Shown piece by piece: positions 61,817 through 64,000 of a DNA stretch of 64,000 nucleotides (the first letter of the stretch is position 1; each line of letters starts with the position of its first letter). The position numbers were made by a program, and so were the translations under genes. This DNA is from Cyanophyceae cyanobacterium (GTDB lineage Bacteria > Cyanobacteriota > Cyanobacteriia > Cyanobacteriales > Laspinemataceae), in the NCBI GenBank assembly GCA_038321985.1, contig JBBQFN010000013.1, forward strand, positions 64,001-128,000, read 5' to 3'. The notes under the pieces were generated by a model that saw nothing but the letters and a program-made list of their open reading frames with translations, had not been told where the DNA came from and did no database searches.

Positions 61817-62827
61817 TCAAGAGCTGATCGCCGTTTGAATTTGAAGTGGAGAAAGCGGCTTCAACTCATTAGTCTGGTCTACCGTGGGTTCAAGAGCAAA
61901 ATAAGCATTAAAAATACTTTGACCTACGCCATTGAGTTGCTCTTGAAGGCTGTTAATAAATTCATGTAAACCCCTTTCAAAAATGTCAGAAATAGTCAGA
62001 TATTCTAGTTGCGATCGCAACCGGCCTAAAGCTCGTTCTGCGGGGTCTTTCCAGGTACCTACAGGAGTGCCCGTAATTTCATGAAGCGATCGCTCCGAAT
62101 TTAAAAAGCAAGAACGGATCGAGCGCGGAAACTCTCGATCTAAAATCAAAAACTCCGCTATCACAGTAGGATTAATCCGATGCTGACGCTTGCGATACAT
62201 CTCATAAGCACTCGCCGATCTCAATAACGACATCCATTGAATCTCATCCAGGGTCGTCCCCACATCCTGCACTGACGGCAGCAAAATATAATACTTTACA
62301 TCCAAAATCCGAGAAGTTTTATCCGCACGTTCCAAGAGTCGGCCAATTTGTCCAAAATGCCACCCTTCGTTGTGAGTCATTGTCGCATCCATAATCCCCG
62401 AAAATAAATGACTCGCCAACTTAACCTGGGTAAAAAAATCATGAAGATAGGCTAAGTTTTGTTTGGGTGCTGCCTCCGTCACCATCATATAAAATGCATT
62501 CACCTGTTCCCACATTTCCGAGGAAATCACTTCTCGGATCGAACGAGCATTCTCGCGCGCAGCTTGTAAACAAGATAAAATCGAATTCGGATAATGGCGA
62601 TCGAACGCTAAAAATTGGATCACATTTTCCGGCAACACTTCCCCATATCGTTCTTCAAACAAGGGGGAATCCCCCGTTATCTTCACCAATGGTTCCCACT
62701 GTTGGGTCATTCCCGTGGGAGAATCCAAAAGTAAATTGAGATTGACATCAATAAAACGAGCAATATTTTCAGCCCGTTCTACATAGCGATTGAGCCAGTA
62801 AATTGAATTTGCAACGCGACTAAGCAT
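61817..62827 (-). CDS. Alpha-E domain protein (DUF403)
   Basis: MLSRVA...W..RYVERAEN.AR, NSI......ARENAR..RE.IS.E.W, GRLLERADKT.R.LD, FPRS. Confidence 0.93.
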   Translation of the reverse strand: MLSRVANSIYWLNRYVERAENIARFIDVNLNLLLDSPTGMTQQWEPLVKITGDSPLFEERYGEVLPENVIQFLAFDRHYPNSILSCLQAARENARSIREVISSEMWEQVNAFYMMVTEAAPKQNLAYLHDFFTQVKLASHLFSGIMDATMTHNEGWHFGQIGRLLERADKTSRILDVKYYILLPSVQDVGTTLDEIQWMSLLRSASAYEMYRKRQHRINPTVIAEFLILDREFPRSIRSCFLNSERSLHEITGTPVGTWKDPAERALGRLRSQLEYLTISDIFERGLHEFINSLQEQLNGVGQSIFNAYFALEPTVDQTNELKPLSPLQIQTAISS

Positions 62828-62979
62828 GAGAATTTTAAAAATTTAGAGTTGAGAAGTTTGATTTTTTTGGCTTAGATATTCCTGCCTTTATATCCGGGCC
62901 AAATTCCGATATTTCGGTGGTTGGCTGTCAGGAATGTCAGTCCCTCTCCCCCCTCAATCCTGACGCTTCACCCCGGCGT

Positions 62980-64000
62980 TTATGCCGTCACGACCCAAGT
63001 ATCTTTACTCCCCCCACCTTGGGAAGAGTTGACCACTAAAGACCCTCGTTTCAAGGCAACCCGAGTTAATCCCCCTGGGTTAACGTAGATATCTTTCCCA
63101 TATAAAATATAGGGCCTCAAATCGACGTGACAGCCTTCTATGTGACTATCAATTAAAGTAGGAACCCTAGACAGACAGAGGGTGGGTTGAGCGATATAAT
63201 TGCGGGGATTGGCCTTAATGCGATCGGCAAACTCTTGTCGTTCTTCTGGCGTCGCCTGAGTCCCGACTAACATCCCATACCCGCCCGATTCATTGGCAGC
63301 CTTTACCACCAATTTATCCAAATTTGCCAAGACATGATCTAAATGCTTGGGATCGCCACATAAATAAGTGGGGACATTGGGAATAATTTGGTCTTCCCCG
63401 AGATAATAGCGAATCATCTGCGGAACAAACGCATAAATTGCCTTATCATCAGCAACTCCAGTTCCCAAAGCATTGGCAATTCCGACTCGACCTGCGCGAT
63501 AAACCTCCATTAACCCAGGTACACCTAACAAGGAATCCGGGCGGAAGGTTAGGGGGTCAATAAAATCATCATCAATGCGACGATAGACTACATCAACTCG
63601 CTTTAAACCCTTTGTAGTCCGCATTTGCAAGTACCCATCGGCCACAATTAAATCTTTTCCTTCCACCAATTCCACACCCATTTGTTGAGCGAGAAAAGAA
63701 TGTTCAAAGTAGGCAGAATTGTAAATGCCTGGGGTAATCACCACCACATTCGGATTGGGCAAATTATCTGGGGCGAGATTTAATAACGTCTCTAAAAGAT
63801 GACTGGGATATTCATCAACTGGCTGGATATCCATCGTCCGAAACACTTGGGGAAATGTACTTTTCATAACCCGTCGGTTTTCCAAGACGTAGGAGACGCC
63901 GGAAGGACATCGCAAATTATCTTCTAAAACGTACCATTGCCCATCTTTATCTCGGACTAAATCGGTCCCGGTGATGTGACACCAAATCCCCTTGGGAGGT
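62980..64000 (-). CDS. Circularly permuted type-2 ATP-grasp ligase, 5' end outside the window
   Basis: [43 protein letters not shown]...[14 protein letters not shown]; frame open to the window edge. Confidence 0.93.
   Translation of the reverse strand, partial: PPKGIWCHITGTDLVRDKDGQWYVLEDNLRCPSGVSYVLENRRVMKSTFPQVFRTMDIQPVDEYPSHLLETLLNLAPDNLPNPNVVVITPGIYNSAYFEHSFLAQQMGVELVEGKDLIVADGYLQMRTTKGLKRVDVVYRRIDDDFIDPLTFRPDSLLGVPGLMEVYRAGRVGIANALGTGVADDKAIYAFVPQMIRYYLGEDQIIPNVPTYLCGDPKHLDHVLANLDKLVVKAANESGGYGMLVGTQATPEERQEFADRIKANPRNYIAQPTLCLSRVPTLIDSHIEGCHVDLRPYILYGKDIYVNPGGLTRVALKRGSLVVNSSQGGGSKDTWVVTA

Overview
A 64 kb chromosomal window from a filamentous cyanobacterium. Dense GCGATCGC (HIP1) octamers and cyanobacterial gene families support this; Oscillatoriales is my inference. 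In order, it contains: (1) the 3' end of a hybrid histidine kinase, a decayed copy of its receiver tail, and a response regulator; (2) a probable zinc-starvation cluster at about 5.4-14.4 kb (two COG0523 GTPases, WD40 protein, SufE, Zn-independent HemB, ZnuABC-like transporter, flavoprotein) with three visible Zur-like boxes; (3) conserved cyanobacterial genes (GAF kinase, creatininase family, DUF1815, DUF2839, beta-CASP nuclease, tyrA, tandem pentapeptide proteins, degenerate DinG-like protein); (4) a decaying island at 35.2-40.8 kb with three toxin-antitoxin loci (two broken), two TPR-gene remnants, a truncated ISAs1, a complete IS630 and a PP2C phosphatase missing its 5' end; (5) an efflux operon, an orphan C5 methyltransferase and a collapsed relic of that efflux operon; (6) exoD, ahcY, a GUN4-domain and a peptidoglycan-binding protein; (7) the best candidate for a new system, an Xre repressor plus ImmA/IrrE metallopeptidase facing a three-gene unknown operon across a promoter carrying three TTGA-N8-TCAA sites, followed by two paralogous coiled-coil genes; (8) an Anbu/alpha-E/ATP-grasp locus with a repeat-flanked ParA-like ATPase inside it. 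No rRNA, tRNA or CRISPR array was seen. All family calls are from motif recognition by eye, with no database searches.
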